A stretch of DNA of 64,000 nt from Clostridia bacterium (GTDB lineage Bacteria; Bacillota; Clostridia; Oscillospirales; CAG-272). The notes under the pieces are model-generated. The model saw only the letters and a list, made by a program, of their open reading frames with translations. It had not been told where the DNA came from and ran no database searches. Position numbers and translations under genes: made by a program. This document shows, in pieces, positions 18,114 through 29,427 of this stretch. The stretch spans positions 10,022 through 74,021 of the forward strand of contig JAFTXZ010000012.1 of NCBI GenBank assembly GCA_017461385.1, given 5' to 3'. Each line of letters starts with the position of its first letter. Positions within the stretch are counted from its first letter, which is position 1.

Positions 18114-19466
18114 TTAAACAACACCCTGTGCAAGCATTGCATCAGCTACCTTAATAAAGCCTGCAATGTTAGCGCCTGCAACTAGGTCATCACCAAGACC
18201 ATATTTGTTAGCTGCATTGATTGAGTTTTGGAAGATGTTCTTCATAATGCCCTTAAGCTTTTCGTCAACCTCTTCTGCACTCCAGCTATAACGCATTGAG
18301 TTTTGTGACATTTCAAGACCTGATACTGCAACGCCACCTGCGTTAACTGCCTTAGAAGGAGCAACGATAACACCATTTTCCTTAAGGTAAGCAACTGCTT
18401 CGTTTGTTGTAGGCATATTGGAAACCTCAACGTAGTACTTAACGCCATTCTTAACGATTTGCTCAGCTTCCTTCATTCCAACCTCGTTTTGAGTAGCACA
18501 TGGCATCAAAATATCTGCCTTAACGCCCCATGGCTTCTCACCTGCGAAGAATGGAACACCAAACTTGTCTGCGTAATCCTGTACTCTGTTACGGCAGGAA
18601 GCACGCATTTCAAGCATAAAGTTAATCTTTTCCTCTGTGCAGATACCGTCTTTGTCGTAAATATATCCGTCAGGACCAGAAATTGTAACAACCTTACCAC
18701 CAAGCTCATTAACCTTCTTTACAGTACCCCAAGCAACGTTACCGAAGCCAGAGATAGCAAAGGTCTTACCCTTGATGGAATCCTTGAAGTATTCAAGCAT
18801 ATTAACTGTATAATAAACAGCGCCGTAGCCTGTAGCCTCTGGACGAATTAGTGAGCCACCGTAGGAAATGCCCTTTCCTGTCAAAACGCCTGTAAATTCA
18901 TTGCGAAGTCTCTTATATTGACCAAACATATAGCCAACCTCTCTTGCACCAACACCGATGTCACCAGCTGGAACGTCAAGGTCTGCACCGATATGTCTTG
19001 AAAGCTCTGTCATAAAGCTTTGGCAGAAGCGCATAACCTCTGCATCGCTCTTGCCCTGTGGGTCAAAGTCAGAGCCACCCTTGCCACCGCCCATTGGGAG
19101 TGATGTCAAGCTATTCTTGAAGGTTTGCTCAAAGCCAAGGAACTTAATAATTCCTTCGTATACTGTTGGATGGAAGCGAAGTCCTCCCTTGTATGGACCG
19201 ATTGCGCTATTGAACTGAATTCTAAAGCCTCTGTTTACTTGAACGTTGCCCTTGTCATCAACCCAAGGAACTCTGAACTTAATAATTCTTTCAGGCTCAA
19301 CCATTCTTTCAAGAACACCACTTGTTATGTACTCAGGACGTGCCTCAACAACTGGCTCGATTGACTCAAGAACCTCTCTTACGGTCTGATGAAACTCAGG
19401 CTCGTTTGCGTTTCTTTTGATTACTCTTTCCATTAACTCATTAAGATATTGATTTTTGAAGCTCAT
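18114..19466 (-). CDS. gdhA: NADP-specific glutamate dehydrogenase
   Basis: 450 aa with motifs PYKGGLRFHP, LPMGGGKGGSDFDP and GFGNVAWG (Rossmann). Confidence 0.93.
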   Translation of the reverse strand: MSFKNQYLNELMERVIKRNANEPEFHQTVREVLESIEPVVEARPEYITSGVLERMVEPERIIKFRVPWVDDKGNVQVNRGFRIQFNSAIGPYKGGLRFHPTVYEGIIKFLGFEQTFKNSLTSLPMGGGKGGSDFDPQGKSDAEVMRFCQSFMTELSRHIGADLDVPAGDIGVGAREVGYMFGQYKRLRNEFTGVLTGKGISYGGSLIRPEATGYGAVYYTVNMLEYFKDSIKGKTFAISGFGNVAWGTVKKVNELGGKVVTISGPDGYIYDKDGICTEEKINFMLEMRASCRNRVQDYADKFGVPFFAGEKPWGVKADILMPCATQNEVGMKEAEQIVKNGVKYYVEVSNMPTTNEAVAYLKENGVIVAPSKAVNAGGVAVSGLEMSQNSMRYSWSAEEVDEKLKGIMKNIFQNSINAANKYGLGDDLVAGANIAGFIKVADAMLAQGVV

Positions 19467-19497
19467 TTTTATATTCTCCTTAAAATAAAATGTAAAA

Positions 19498-20940
19498 TTA
19501 ATATGCCTTGCCCCAGTAAACTAGCTTGTCGGTCTTTTTGCCACAGCAGATGCACGTACCCTCGGTACCCTGCTCGCCAAATGGCATACAGCGTGAGGTT
19601 ACGTCTGCAAGCTCCTTAAGCTTAAGCTCACAAGCTAAATCGCCACACCAGTGCGCTCTAATATAACCAGATTTTTCAGATGCAGTTTTGATAAAGCTAT
19701 CAAGCTCTGTTTCTGTATAGGTACGATTGCTTCTGTTTTCACTTGCCTTGTTATATAGATTTTGTGTGATTTCATTTAGCAATTCAGGAATCCTTGTCTC
19801 AAGCTCATCAAGTGAAACAACAATTTTTTCACGATTATCTCTACGAACAAGCACGCATTGATTTGCTTCGATATCACGAGGACCGATTTCAAGACGTAGT
19901 GGAACACCCTTCATCTCGTACTCTGCAAACTTCCAGCCAGGAGAGTTGTCAGATACGTCAACCTTTGCTCTTGCTACGTTCGATACTCTTTCAAATATTT
20001 CTGTAGCCTTTTCAATTACACCCTCCTTGTGCTGTGCGATTGGCACAACCACAACCTGAACCGGTGCAACAAGTGGTGGAAGAACAAGTCCATTATCGTC
20101 ACCGTGAGTCATAATGATAGCACCGATAATTCTTGTTGATACACCCCACGAGGTTTGATGACCATACTTCAGAGTATTGTCCTTGTCAAGATATTGAATA
20201 TTGAACGCCTTAGCAAAGCCGTCGCCAAAATTATGGCTTGTTCCACCCTGAAGAGCCTTACCATCATGCATAAGCGCCTCCACGGTATAGGTTGCCTTGG
20301 CGCCTGCAAATTTTTCTTTTTCTGTCTTTTGTCCCTTAAGAACCGGAATACCTAGATCCTTCTCAAAGAAATCTGCGTATACCTGAAGCATTTGAAGTGT
20401 TTCCTTCTCAGCCTCCTCAGCAGTTGCATGGATTGTATGTCCCTCCTGCCACAAAAATTCACGGCTACGAAGGAATGGACGGGTTGTCTTTTCCCATCTT
20501 ACAACGCTACACCATTGATTGTACATTTTTGGTAGGTCTCTGTATGAGCGTACTATATTCGCATAATGCTCACAGAACAGGGTTTCGGAGGTTGGTCTTA
20601 CGCAAAGCTTTTCTGTTAGTGGCTCGCTACCACCATGTGTAACCCAAGCAACCTCGGGTGCAAAGCCCTCAACGTGGTCTTTTTCCTTATTCAAAAGTGA
20701 TTCCGGAATAAACATTGGCATATACACATTTTCTACGCCTGTTTTCTTGAAACGATTATTCAAAAGAGATTGAATATTTTCCCAAATTGCATAGCCATAA
20801 GGACGAATAATCATACAGCCCTTTACGCTTGAATAATCTATAAGGTCCGCCTTCTTAACAATATCGGTATACCATTTCGCAAAGTCCTCATCCATGGAAG
20901 TAATTTGCTCAACCATTTTTTTGTTATTATTGTTTGCCAT
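19498..20940 (-). CDS. proS: Proline--tRNA ligase (archaeal/eukaryote-like type, no insertion editing domain)
   Basis: Class II motifs, a Cys cluster near the C-terminus and the terminal ...YWGKAY. Start set at the ATG (MANNNN...) preceded by AAGAGG. Confidence 0.9.
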   Translation of the reverse strand: MANNNNKKMVEQITSMDEDFAKWYTDIVKKADLIDYSSVKGCMIIRPYGYAIWENIQSLLNNRFKKTGVENVYMPMFIPESLLNKEKDHVEGFAPEVAWVTHGGSEPLTEKLCVRPTSETLFCEHYANIVRSYRDLPKMYNQWCSVVRWEKTTRPFLRSREFLWQEGHTIHATAEEAEKETLQMLQVYADFFEKDLGIPVLKGQKTEKEKFAGAKATYTVEALMHDGKALQGGTSHNFGDGFAKAFNIQYLDKDNTLKYGHQTSWGVSTRIIGAIIMTHGDDNGLVLPPLVAPVQVVVVPIAQHKEGVIEKATEIFERVSNVARAKVDVSDNSPGWKFAEYEMKGVPLRLEIGPRDIEANQCVLVRRDNREKIVVSLDELETRIPELLNEITQNLYNKASENRSNRTYTETELDSFIKTASEKSGYIRAHWCGDLACELKLKELADVTSRCMPFGEQGTEGTCICCGKKTDKLVYWGKAY

Positions 20941-21151
20941 TTTTAACCTCTTTCCCTTTATGGTATATGCCATTCTCGGCATTCATATACCTTTTAATAT
21001 ACTAAATATATTATCACAGGCACATTACAAAATCAAGATTTTTTTGTGATAAAATATGCAGTTTTTTAGTTTTTTTATCAATTTTAGCGTACTAAATCAC
21101 TAAAGTGATATATCATGGCTAATTTTTGTGCATTTTCACCACTAATTTTGT

Positions 21152-21185
21152 AAAAAAAATCAAGCAGGCGACTAGCGCCTGCTTG
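21152..21185 (-). terminator. Intrinsic terminator of the Clp ATPase gene
   Basis: Hairpin CAAGCAGGCG-actag-CGCCTGCTTG with a T-run (8 T) on the minus strand. Confidence 0.85.
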
Positions 21186-21188
21186 GCT

Positions 21189-23489
21189 TTATAGACATTT
21201 AACTGAAATTTCACCGTTTTTAACGGATACGCTTGCTGCAGAAATATTACCCTTTATTTCAAAGATAATAGCATGGGCAAGCTTGTCTTCTATATTGGTT
21301 TGGATAAATCTCCTCATATTACGAGCACCATATTTCCTACTGAATGACTTTTCAGCCACTAGCTTGCATACTGCATCGGTATATGTGAAGTTGATTTCCC
21401 TCTCTAAAAGTGCCTTACGCATATCCTCAAGCATTATTTTTGCAATACGCTCAAAGTCCTCTATTTCAAGAGAACGGAAGGTGATTATCTCGTCAATCCT
21501 ATTAATGAACTCTGGACGCAAGAATTGTGAAAGTGCCTTTTCGGTTTTATCCTTAGAAAGACTTGATTCTTCCATTCCAAAGCCTGCCTTAGATGAGCTT
21601 AGGGACGCACCTGCGTTGGTAGTCATAATTATAACTGTGTTTTCAAAGTTAATCAGTCTTCCCTGTGCATCGGTAATCTTACCATCATCAAGAATTTGTA
21701 GTAGAATGTTAAGCACGTCTGCGTGAGCCTTTTCGATTTCGTCAAAAAGCACCACGGAATATGGAGAGCGTCTTACCTTTTCTGTAAGCTGTCCTGCCTC
21801 ATCATAGCCAACGTAGCCCGGTGGGGAGCCTATAATCTTTGAAACGGAGTGCTTTTCCATATACTCAGACATATCAAGCCTTATCAAATTATCTACTGAA
21901 TTGAAAAGCTCGTTTGCAAGAGTCTTTACAAGCTCGGTTTTACCAACACCAGTTGGGCCTGCAAAAATGAAGGACGCTGGGCGCTTCTTTACGCTGACGC
22001 CAGCTCTGCTTCTTTGAATTGCACTTGTAAGAGCCTTTACAGCCTCGTCCTGACCTATAATCCTTTCCTTGATTCTTTCCTCAAGGCTACCAAGCCTTTC
22101 AAACTCCTCGACGGAAATATTGCTCGCCGGAATACCAGTCCAAATTTCAATTACGCCTGCTAAGTCCTGTGAGGTCATTTTTGTGTTTTCACATTCCTTA
22201 TCAAGCTTTTCTTTTTCTATTAGAAGGTTAGACTTTTCGGTTTTCAGCTCTGCAAGCTGTTTATAGGTGTTTTCAGTAACCTTGTCTCCACCCTCTGCAA
22301 TTTTTGCATTGAGGGCTTCCGTTTTTGCATCTACAACACCGAGCTTCTCAATAAGCTTATATCTTTCATTTATATGGTCAGAGTGTAATACGATATGAGA
22401 GCAAGCCTCATCAATTAAGTCGATTGCCTTATCTGGCAAAAATCTATCCTGAATATATCTTTCACTCATAACTACTGCGGTTTTCGCCATTTCATCAGAG
22501 ATCTTTACACCATGATATATTTCGTAGTAATGCTTAATTCCCTTAATCATTTCTACGCACTCATCAATAGTTGGCTCCTCTACCTTTACAGGCTGGAAGC
22601 GTCTTTCAAGTGCGGAGTCCTTCTCAATATATTTGCGGTACTCCTTAAGCGTTGTTGCACCAATTACCTGTATTTCACCACGGCTAAGCGCTGGCTTCAA
22701 TATATTCGCAGCGTTCATGCTACCCTCTGAATTACCTGTGCCAACAAGGTTATGCACCTCATCAATAACAAGGATTATATTGCCTGCATCCTTTACCTCG
22801 TTTATCAGTCCGTTAATTCTAGCCTCAAATTGACCTCTAAACTGAGTGCCTGCAACAAGGGCGGTTAAATCAACAAGATAAACCTCCTTGTCCTTCAGCT
22901 TATATGGAACGTCGCCATCTGCAATCCTTTGAGCAAGAGCCTCGGCAATTGCAGTTTTACCAACACCAGGCTCACCTATTAAGCAAGGATTGTTCTTTTG
23001 TCTTCTTGAAAGAATTTGAATGACTCTTTCAAGCTCTCTTTTTCTACCGATAATTCGGTCAAGCTTGCCATTTAGCGCCTGTTGAGTTAGGTTTTTACAA
23101 TAGGTGGTAAGATTCTTTCTTTCTGCTTTTTTTCTCTTATCCCCATCTGCACCCTTATTATCCGAGTCCTTACCCTGCTTGCCACCTTGATTTGCGTTCA
23201 TTTGAGGATTATTACCCATATTTTTCATAAGCTTTGCAAAATCTATAGTAAGATTATTATCCGAATCCTCTCCGTCACCCTCACCGGACATAAGCTCGCC
23301 CATCATCTTGTCAAGATTTTCAAGCTCATCCTCGGTGACACCCATTTTAGTCATGATATCGTTAAGAGGCTTTATACCAAGCTCGTTTGCACAAACAAGG
23401 CACAGTCCCTCCTGCTTTTGAACATTGTTCTCAAGCTTCATAATAAATACTGATGCAGGTCTTTTTTTGCATCTTGCACACATTTCCAT
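21189..23489 (-). CDS. ClpC/ClpB-like AAA+ ATPase with two nucleotide-binding domains and an N-terminal 4-Cys segment
   Basis: Walker A GEPGVGKTA (NBD1) and GPTGVGKTE (NBD2), with a coiled-coil middle region. The N-terminus is CARCKK...CLVC rather than recognisable Clp-N repeats. Confidence 0.88.
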   Translation of the reverse strand: MEMCARCKKRPASVFIMKLENNVQKQEGLCLVCANELGIKPLNDIMTKMGVTEDELENLDKMMGELMSGEGDGEDSDNNLTIDFAKLMKNMGNNPQMNANQGGKQGKDSDNKGADGDKRKKAERKNLTTYCKNLTQQALNGKLDRIIGRKRELERVIQILSRRQKNNPCLIGEPGVGKTAIAEALAQRIADGDVPYKLKDKEVYLVDLTALVAGTQFRGQFEARINGLINEVKDAGNIILVIDEVHNLVGTGNSEGSMNAANILKPALSRGEIQVIGATTLKEYRKYIEKDSALERRFQPVKVEEPTIDECVEMIKGIKHYYEIYHGVKISDEMAKTAVVMSERYIQDRFLPDKAIDLIDEACSHIVLHSDHINERYKLIEKLGVVDAKTEALNAKIAEGGDKVTENTYKQLAELKTEKSNLLIEKEKLDKECENTKMTSQDLAGVIEIWTGIPASNISVEEFERLGSLEERIKERIIGQDEAVKALTSAIQRSRAGVSVKKRPASFIFAGPTGVGKTELVKTLANELFNSVDNLIRLDMSEYMEKHSVSKIIGSPPGYVGYDEAGQLTEKVRRSPYSVVLFDEIEKAHADVLNILLQILDDGKITDAQGRLINFENTVIIMTTNAGASLSSSKAGFGMEESSLSKDKTEKALSQFLRPEFINRIDEIITFRSLEIEDFERIAKIMLEDMRKALLEREINFTYTDAVCKLVAEKSFSRKYGARNMRRFIQTNIEDKLAHAIIFEIKGNISAASVSVKNGEISVKCL

Positions 23490-23511
23490 ACTGTTTTTCC
23501 TTTGCCAAATG

Positions 23512-24249
23512 TTATTTCAAAATTAATCCACTTATCCATTCTATCAAATGGACGTTGCGGAAGAATGATACTACCATTGAAGACTCAATGGTCGCTTTAT
23601 CAAACACGCCTGGTGTTAATGGACCGACCAAATCCGTAAGGGCATACAAGCCTAGGCTTATTCCCCATAGAACCACTGCTGAAATTATAACTCCCATCAA
23701 AAGTCCAAGCAATCTATTTGCAGTTTTAACTCCGTCAAAGGCGGTTAGCTTCTCTAAAATTGGAACTAGTAGGCTTAAAACCACCATTGATACCGCAAAC
23801 ACAAGCACTAGCGCCAATATTGTACAAATTAAAGATGACAAAGCACCGCCTATATTGTCTCCTAACGAAGCAATAGCACTCTGCTGTCCATCCTTAAGAA
23901 GCTCAAAATCTGTGCTAAGCCTGTCAAGATCCACGCCAAAGTCAGCCAAAACACTGTTATAAAAATTATTCTTATCATCGCTATATAGCATCAAAAATAT
24001 GTTTGTTGTGTTTTGGTTAGATTCATAATAGCTAACAAATGAGCTTGTTACCATATCAACAATTACTCGGCGCATAAATAGGTTGGCTAGCATACCGCTG
24101 ACAGTTCTTTTTAGAATAAACGCCAAAACTACTGATATTACAAGCTTACAGGAGTTAAGCACGCTTCTAAAAAAGCCTGTTACTGTAAACTTGATTATAA
24201 TTATCGCCGCAACAACAACACAAGCTATATCAATAATGATATGAGCCAT
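23512..24249 (-). CDS. CvpA-family membrane protein
   Basis: N-terminal IDIACVVVAAIIIIKFTVTGFFRSV pattern and multiple TM segments. Confidence 0.6.
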   Translation of the reverse strand: MAHIIIDIACVVVAAIIIIKFTVTGFFRSVLNSCKLVISVVLAFILKRTVSGMLANLFMRRVIVDMVTSSFVSYYESNQNTTNIFLMLYSDDKNNFYNSVLADFGVDLDRLSTDFELLKDGQQSAIASLGDNIGGALSSLICTILALVLVFAVSMVVLSLLVPILEKLTAFDGVKTANRLLGLLMGVIISAVVLWGISLGLYALTDLVGPLTPGVFDKATIESSMVVSFFRNVHLIEWISGLILK

Positions 24250-24315
24250 AGCTTTCCTCCTTAATAATAAAATAAGGACTGTATTATGGAAGATTCAAAA
24301 TACAGTCCTTTTTAG

Positions 24316-25074
24316 TTACGATATTGCGAAGCTCTTAATCCAAGCCCAGAAGTCGTCCCTGAAGAACTTAAACAGGATCGTTCCATCTAGGATTGATTCC
24401 TTGAATACCTCCGGATAATAGCTTGCACCAAATTCAAATACCTTATCAACACCGAGACAAATTGCCATTGCAATAAATGCGGCAAGGATTGCGCCGATTA
24501 TTGCGCCAAGCAATATGTTCAAAACCTTAGCCATTGATTTTTGTGTTAGCTTGTTCAAAAGCACACCGATAATTACGAATAAGATCTCGGCAACAACAAA
24601 TATTGCGATGAAGGAAATAATAATTGAAATCAAAAGTGATAGCTGACCACCTAAAATTACAGTAAACTCATCAACCTTTGCAATATCTGCACTAAAATAC
24701 TCTCCTGTTGCCGTGTCGCCGACAAAGTATCTCCAAAGGTCGTCAGTGGTTTCCTTATCAAGGCCTGAAATAAGTAAATTTACAAACCAGTTAGGAATAC
24801 CCTCAAGTAATGTATATAGCTCATACGTGCCATCAGGAGCCTGAGTAGACGTTAAGAGATTATTTACTGTGTTTGTTGACCAATCTATAAAGAATGCATT
24901 ACTAATCACCTTAGCAAGTGGTGTACAAAAGATAATTGAAACGAGGGGGGCAAGCAACGTTTTTACAAGTGCCATTAGTGAACGTACAAAGCCACGTATT
25001 GCATATCTTAAAATGAAAAATACGCATAGCACGATTAAGACTATATCAAATACTAAGCTAACGTTAAAATCCAC
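24316..25074 (-). CDS. CvpA-family membrane protein (paralogue)
   Basis: N-terminal DIVLIVLCVFFILRYAIRGFVRSL pattern and multiple TM segments. Confidence 0.6.
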   Translation of the reverse strand: MDFNVSLVFDIVLIVLCVFFILRYAIRGFVRSLMALVKTLLAPLVSIIFCTPLAKVISNAFFIDWSTNTVNNLLTSTQAPDGTYELYTLLEGIPNWFVNLLISGLDKETTDDLWRYFVGDTATGEYFSADIAKVDEFTVILGGQLSLLISIIISFIAIFVVAEILFVIIGVLLNKLTQKSMAKVLNILLGAIIGAILAAFIAMAICLGVDKVFEFGASYYPEVFKESILDGTILFKFFRDDFWAWIKSFAIS

Positions 25075-25140
25075 CAGAATCCCTCCTTTATTATAAATTA
25101 CTTATAATATTATAAACCTGTTTTAGTCATTTGTCAATAT

Positions 25141-25899
25141 TTAATAGAATATTTTTTTGAGATACAATCCCTCGGCACCTGCTGTGAAGCCTGCATTTTC
25201 TCTTTTACGAGATTTTATAATGTCCTCAACCTGCTCTGGCTTTATTCTTCCACTGGCAATACACAAAAGGGTTCCTGCCATTATTCTAACCATATTGTAA
25301 AGAAAACCGTTTGCACACACGGTAAATTCTACTAAGTCGCCGTTTCTTTCAACTCTTGCGTAGTAAACGGTTCTTGTAGTATCCTCGATTTGGGAGCCTG
25401 TGGACATAAAAGCATCAAACTGATGAGTTCCAACAAATTTTTGCGCCCCCTGTGTCATTTTTTCAATAGCTTCATCTGAAATTTCCCTGCCATATTCTAG
25501 TGCTAAATTCTCATAAAATGGATTCTTTATCCTGCTTGCATGGATTTTGTAAACGTATTCCTTCATCTTAACGTCGTATCTAGGATGAAAGTCCTTGTCA
25601 ACCTCCTTAGCTGACAAAACTGCTATATCTCGGGGAAGCTTTATATTCATAGCAATTGGAATTTTTTCGGCAGGAATAGTTATATTATCACTTTCGTTTT
25701 TAGGCTCAACGGTTAAGCAAAAGCCAAGAGCATGTACACCACTGTCTGTTCTGCTACAGCCAGTTACATTACACTCAAAGCCAAACGCCTCTCGGCTCGC
25801 CTTGTTTAGCATGAGAGAAACAGTAGGAAGCTCACCCTGTAGCTGATATCCACAATATGCGTGCCCGTTATAAGCCACGGTTAATAAGACTTTTTTCAT
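25141..25899 (-). CDS. truA: tRNA pseudouridine(38-40) synthase
   Basis: Catalytic motif GCSRTDSGVHA and conserved ...NGFLYNMVRIMAGTL. Confidence 0.92.
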   Translation of the reverse strand: MKKVLLTVAYNGHAYCGYQLQGELPTVSLMLNKASREAFGFECNVTGCSRTDSGVHALGFCLTVEPKNESDNITIPAEKIPIAMNIKLPRDIAVLSAKEVDKDFHPRYDVKMKEYVYKIHASRIKNPFYENLALEYGREISDEAIEKMTQGAQKFVGTHQFDAFMSTGSQIEDTTRTVYYARVERNGDLVEFTVCANGFLYNMVRIMAGTLLCIASGRIKPEQVEDIIKSRKRENAGFTAGAEGLYLKKIFY

Positions 25900-25900
25900 T

Positions 25901-26755
25901 TTATAACGTATACACTACTCCATTCAAGTATAAATTCAAAAGAATTACGCCCGCTAATAGACAGATAGCAAGGATTATAAACAAATAATCCCTTCCTCTC
26001 ATTCTCAAAATTTTCATTCTCGTTCTTCCAACTCCACCACGGTAGCCACGGCATTCCATAGCTGTAGCAAGCTCATCTGCTCTCCTAAAGGAGGAGACGA
26101 ACAGAGGTATAATTATTGGAATAAGAGCCTTTGCTCTTTTTATGAGACTACCATTTGAAAAATCTGCACCACGAGATTTTTGCGCATTCATTATTTTCAT
26201 AGTTTCATCTGTAAGAGTTGGGATAAATCGAAGAGCTATTGTCATCATCATTGCAAACTCGTGAACCGGAACCTTGATTTTCTTCAGAGGTGCAAGTGCG
26301 GTTTCAATGCCGTCCGTTAGCTCAATTGGTGTTGTGGTGTATGAAAAGAAAAGTGTTGTTCCAATCAAAAGCGTAATTATTCTTACTGCAAGCAAGCCAG
26401 CATTATACAAGCCCTCATAGTAAGCAGTAATTGTCCAATAATTCGGTATTACGACTATTGGCTCAAACATTGGCTGTAGATTTTCTCCACTGGTGAAGAA
26501 AAAGTTAAGAATTGCCGTGAAAATAACGATAACTGTTATAGGTTTTAAGCCCTTAAGAATTACTATCAATGGCACTCTGCTAATAATTACGCAGAGCAAA
26601 ACAATTGCAACAAGCAAGGCAAATGAGGCTACGTTTCTTGCAACAAAAATTGATACCATGAGCATAATCACAAAAAACAGCTTAGCACGAGGGTCCAACT
26701 TATGAATTATTGACTTACCCTCGTAATATTGGCCTAGTCCTACGTCAAAGCTCAT
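25901..26755 (-). CDS. ecfT: ECF transporter transmembrane (T) component
   Basis: Multi-TM protein with the ...AMECRGY... motif. It overlaps ecfA2 by 4 nt and sits in the classic ecfA-ecfA-ecfT-truA order. Confidence 0.88.
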   Translation of the reverse strand: MSFDVGLGQYYEGKSIIHKLDPRAKLFFVIMLMVSIFVARNVASFALLVAIVLLCVIISRVPLIVILKGLKPITVIVIFTAILNFFFTSGENLQPMFEPIVVIPNYWTITAYYEGLYNAGLLAVRIITLLIGTTLFFSYTTTPIELTDGIETALAPLKKIKVPVHEFAMMMTIALRFIPTLTDETMKIMNAQKSRGADFSNGSLIKRAKALIPIIIPLFVSSFRRADELATAMECRGYRGGVGRTRMKILRMRGRDYLFIILAICLLAGVILLNLYLNGVVYTL

Positions 26756-27618
26756 ATTCTGCCTCCTTTCTCTTTCAAAAGAGGTAAAAGCACTGAAAGC
26801 GCTCCGTCAACTGTATAGATGTTATCGGGGATTTCAACTCCTTTTTTTCGAAGTGCAAGAATTATACTTGTGATTTCAGGAACGTCAAGACCAGCATCAA
26901 AAAGCAGCTGATGATTGGAGAAAACCTCCTCACAGGTGCCATTAGCAAGTACACTGGCATGCGACATAACTATAACCTTATCACAGTACATTGCCATATC
27001 CTCCATACTGTGACTAACGATTATAACGCAGGTACCACTTTCCTCCTTGTACCTTTTAATTCCACTGAGGATTTCGCGTCTACCCTTAGGGTCAAGTCCT
27101 GCCGCAGGCTCGTCAAGAACAAGTATTTTCGGCTCCATTGCCATTACGCCCGCTAAGGCAACCCTACGCTTTTGTCCACCAGACAAATCGAAGGGGGATT
27201 TATCAAGAATACTAGCATCAAGACCGCAAAATGCGACACTCCTCTCGACTCTTCTGTTTATTTCTTCCTCGGAGAGCCCCATATTTTTAGGTCCATAAGC
27301 AATATCTTCTCTAACTGTTTCTGCAAAAAGCTGGTATTCTGGATACTGCATAACCATACCAACCTTAAACCTAACCTCACCTATTTTCTTTGGATTTTCC
27401 CAAAGTTTAACTCCGTCTACAATAACAGTGCCACTTTCAGGACGCAAAATACCATTTAGCATCTGTACAAGGGTTGACTTGCCCGAGCCAGTATGCCCAA
27501 TTAAGCCAGTTATTGTATTTTCCTCAATGGTTAGGCTGACATTTTCAAGTGCTTTAATTTCATAAGGCGTTTTCTTACCGTATCTAAAGCACACGTCCTT
27601 CAACTCAATAATCGCCAT
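26752..27618 (-). CDS. ecfA2: ECF transporter ATPase component 2
   Basis: Walker A GHTGSGKST, signature LSGGQKRRVALAG, Walker B LVLDEPAAGLD. Confidence 0.9.
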   Translation of the reverse strand: MAIIELKDVCFRYGKKTPYEIKALENVSLTIEENTITGLIGHTGSGKSTLVQMLNGILRPESGTVIVDGVKLWENPKKIGEVRFKVGMVMQYPEYQLFAETVREDIAYGPKNMGLSEEEINRRVERSVAFCGLDASILDKSPFDLSGGQKRRVALAGVMAMEPKILVLDEPAAGLDPKGRREILSGIKRYKEESGTCVIIVSHSMEDMAMYCDKVIVMSHASVLANGTCEEVFSNHQLLFDAGLDVPEITSIILALRKKGVEIPDNIYTVDGALSVLLPLLKEKGGRI

Positions 27619-27631
27619 TTTCTTTCCTATT

Positions 27632-28516
27632 TCAAATTTTAATTTTATCCTTAATTAACTCTGCACACTTATCAAAATCATACACGCCTAGAGGGATTTT
27701 ATCATCTAAGTGCTCATTTAGCTTGTGAATCAGCTCCACAGATTGCGGAACCTCAAGTCCAGCCTGCCAAAGCTTGTCCGGCTGTGAAAACACGTTATTC
27801 GGTGTTCCACTTAGGTAGATTTCACCGTTTTTCATAACTATAACCCTATCAGCAAGCGTAGCTTCATTCATATAGTGAGTTATAAGAATAACGGTAATCT
27901 TCTCTTTTTTGTTAAGTCGCAGGATAGTATTCATTACTTCTTTTCTGCCTATAGGGTCAAGCATTGCAGTAGATTCGTCAAAAATAATGCATTTTGGACG
28001 CATAGCGATTGTACCAGCAATAGCTACCCTTTGCTTTTGTCCACCTGATAAACGATGAGGGGCGTGTCTTGCATACTCCTTCATATTAACAATAGAAAGA
28101 GCCTCGTTTACACGTCTGCGAATTTCAACAGGTGGTAAGCCGAGATTTTCAGGTCCAAAGGCAACGTCCTCTTCAACAACAGTTGCAACAAGCTGATTGT
28201 CTGGATTTTGAAATACCATACCGATTTTCTTTCTGACCTCGAAGATATCATCCTCGGTCATATCTGGACGGGTTATATCTATTCCATCAATGTATATTTT
28301 ACCCTCATTAGGGGTTAAAATCATATTCATAAGCTTCGCAGTTGTCGATTTACCAGAGCCGTTATGCCCAAGAATAGCAACGAACTCCCCCTCATTAATT
28401 TCAAGGGAAATATCATTTACTGCGAAGTTGTTTTCCTTCTTATCTTCTCCCTCGTTTTCAGGGTATTTGAAGGATAAATTTTCTATTTTTATTAGGGGAG
28501 TGTTCATTTTACCCAC
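27632..28516 (-). CDS. ecfA1: ECF transporter ATPase component 1
   Basis: Walker [10 protein letters not shown], signature [13 protein letters not shown], Walker [12 protein letters not shown]. Confidence 0.9.
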   Translation of the reverse strand: MGKMNTPLIKIENLSFKYPENEGEDKKENNFAVNDISLEINEGEFVAILGHNGSGKSTTAKLMNMILTPNEGKIYIDGIDITRPDMTEDDIFEVRKKIGMVFQNPDNQLVATVVEEDVAFGPENLGLPPVEIRRRVNEALSIVNMKEYARHAPHRLSGGQKQRVAIAGTIAMRPKCIIFDESTAMLDPIGRKEVMNTILRLNKKEKITVILITHYMNEATLADRVIVMKNGEIYLSGTPNNVFSQPDKLWQAGLEVPQSVELIHKLNEHLDDKIPLGVYDFDKCAELIKDKIKI

Positions 28517-28529
28517 CTTTCAGTCATTT

Positions 28530-29420
28530 TTAATCTTTTTTACAAACAGAGTCAGGCACCCAACGGGCACTTGCACCACAGGGCAAAAAGCTCTTGGTCT
28601 GTGTAACAGGCAATGCAAGCTCTGCTGTTTCGGATTTTCCACCATGCTTCTTTACAATTTCAACGTCAAGCACGTAGCCCATTGTCAAGGCACTAAGTCC
28701 TGTTGTGTATGAGTTTATGAGCATAAATAGTGGATCGTCGGAAATAAGCTTCTCACACAAGCTTACAAAATCGCACACTGCGTCCTCAAGCTTCCACACC
28801 TCTCCACCAGGTCCTCTGCCATAGGATGGAGGATCCATAATTATGCCGTCATATTTGTTTCCACGTCTAATTTCTCTTTCGACAAATTTACGGCAATCAT
28901 CAACAATATATCGAACCGGTGCGTTTTCAAGTCCACTTGATGCTAAATTTTCCTTAGCACACGCAACCATTCCCTTTGATGCATCAACGTGTACCACAGC
29001 GGCACCTACCTTCGCAGCAGCAGCGGTTGCGCCACCAGTGTAAGCAAATAAATTTAGAACCTTTACCTCCTTGCCCTGAGCGCGCCTTTCCTTAATCAAG
29101 CCAGCAAACCAATCCCAGTTTGCAGCCTGTTCAGGGAAAAGTCCTGTATGCTTAAATCCCATAGGCTTTAGGTTAAAGGTCAAATCTCCATATTTTATAG
29201 ACCACTTTTCAGGAATATCGTTTTTAATCCAAGCACCGCCACCACTTTTGGAGCGACGATAAATTCCATCGGCGCCCTTCCACAGCTTGTGCTCTCTTTT
29301 TCCGTTCCAAATCACCTGTGGGTCGGGTCTTATGAGTATATATTTTCCCCATCGTTCGAGTCTTTCACCATCAGAGGTGTCCAAAAGCTCATAATCCTTC
29401 CAATTGTTCGCTAAATACAT
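28530..29420 (-). CDS. Class I SAM-dependent methyltransferase (RlmI/RlmK-like catalytic domain)
   Basis: Motifs LNLFAYTGGATAAAA (SAM-binding) and IIMDPPSYGRGP. Confidence 0.8.
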   Translation of the reverse strand: MYLANNWKDYELLDTSDGERLERWGKYILIRPDPQVIWNGKREHKLWKGADGIYRRSKSGGGAWIKNDIPEKWSIKYGDLTFNLKPMGFKHTGLFPEQAANWDWFAGLIKERRAQGKEVKVLNLFAYTGGATAAAAKVGAAVVHVDASKGMVACAKENLASSGLENAPVRYIVDDCRKFVEREIRRGNKYDGIIMDPPSYGRGPGGEVWKLEDAVCDFVSLCEKLISDDPLFMLINSYTTGLSALTMGYVLDVEIVKKHGGKSETAELALPVTQTKSFLPCGASARWVPDSVCKKD

Positions 29421-29427
29421 TTTATCC

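Noticed and set aside
20941-21188. T-box leader upstream of proS
   Set aside because: The minus-strand reading of this 250-nt region has no T-box consensus (AGGGTGGTACCGCG-like) and no terminator/antiterminator pair. It is AT-rich promoter DNA plus the terminator of the upstream clp gene.
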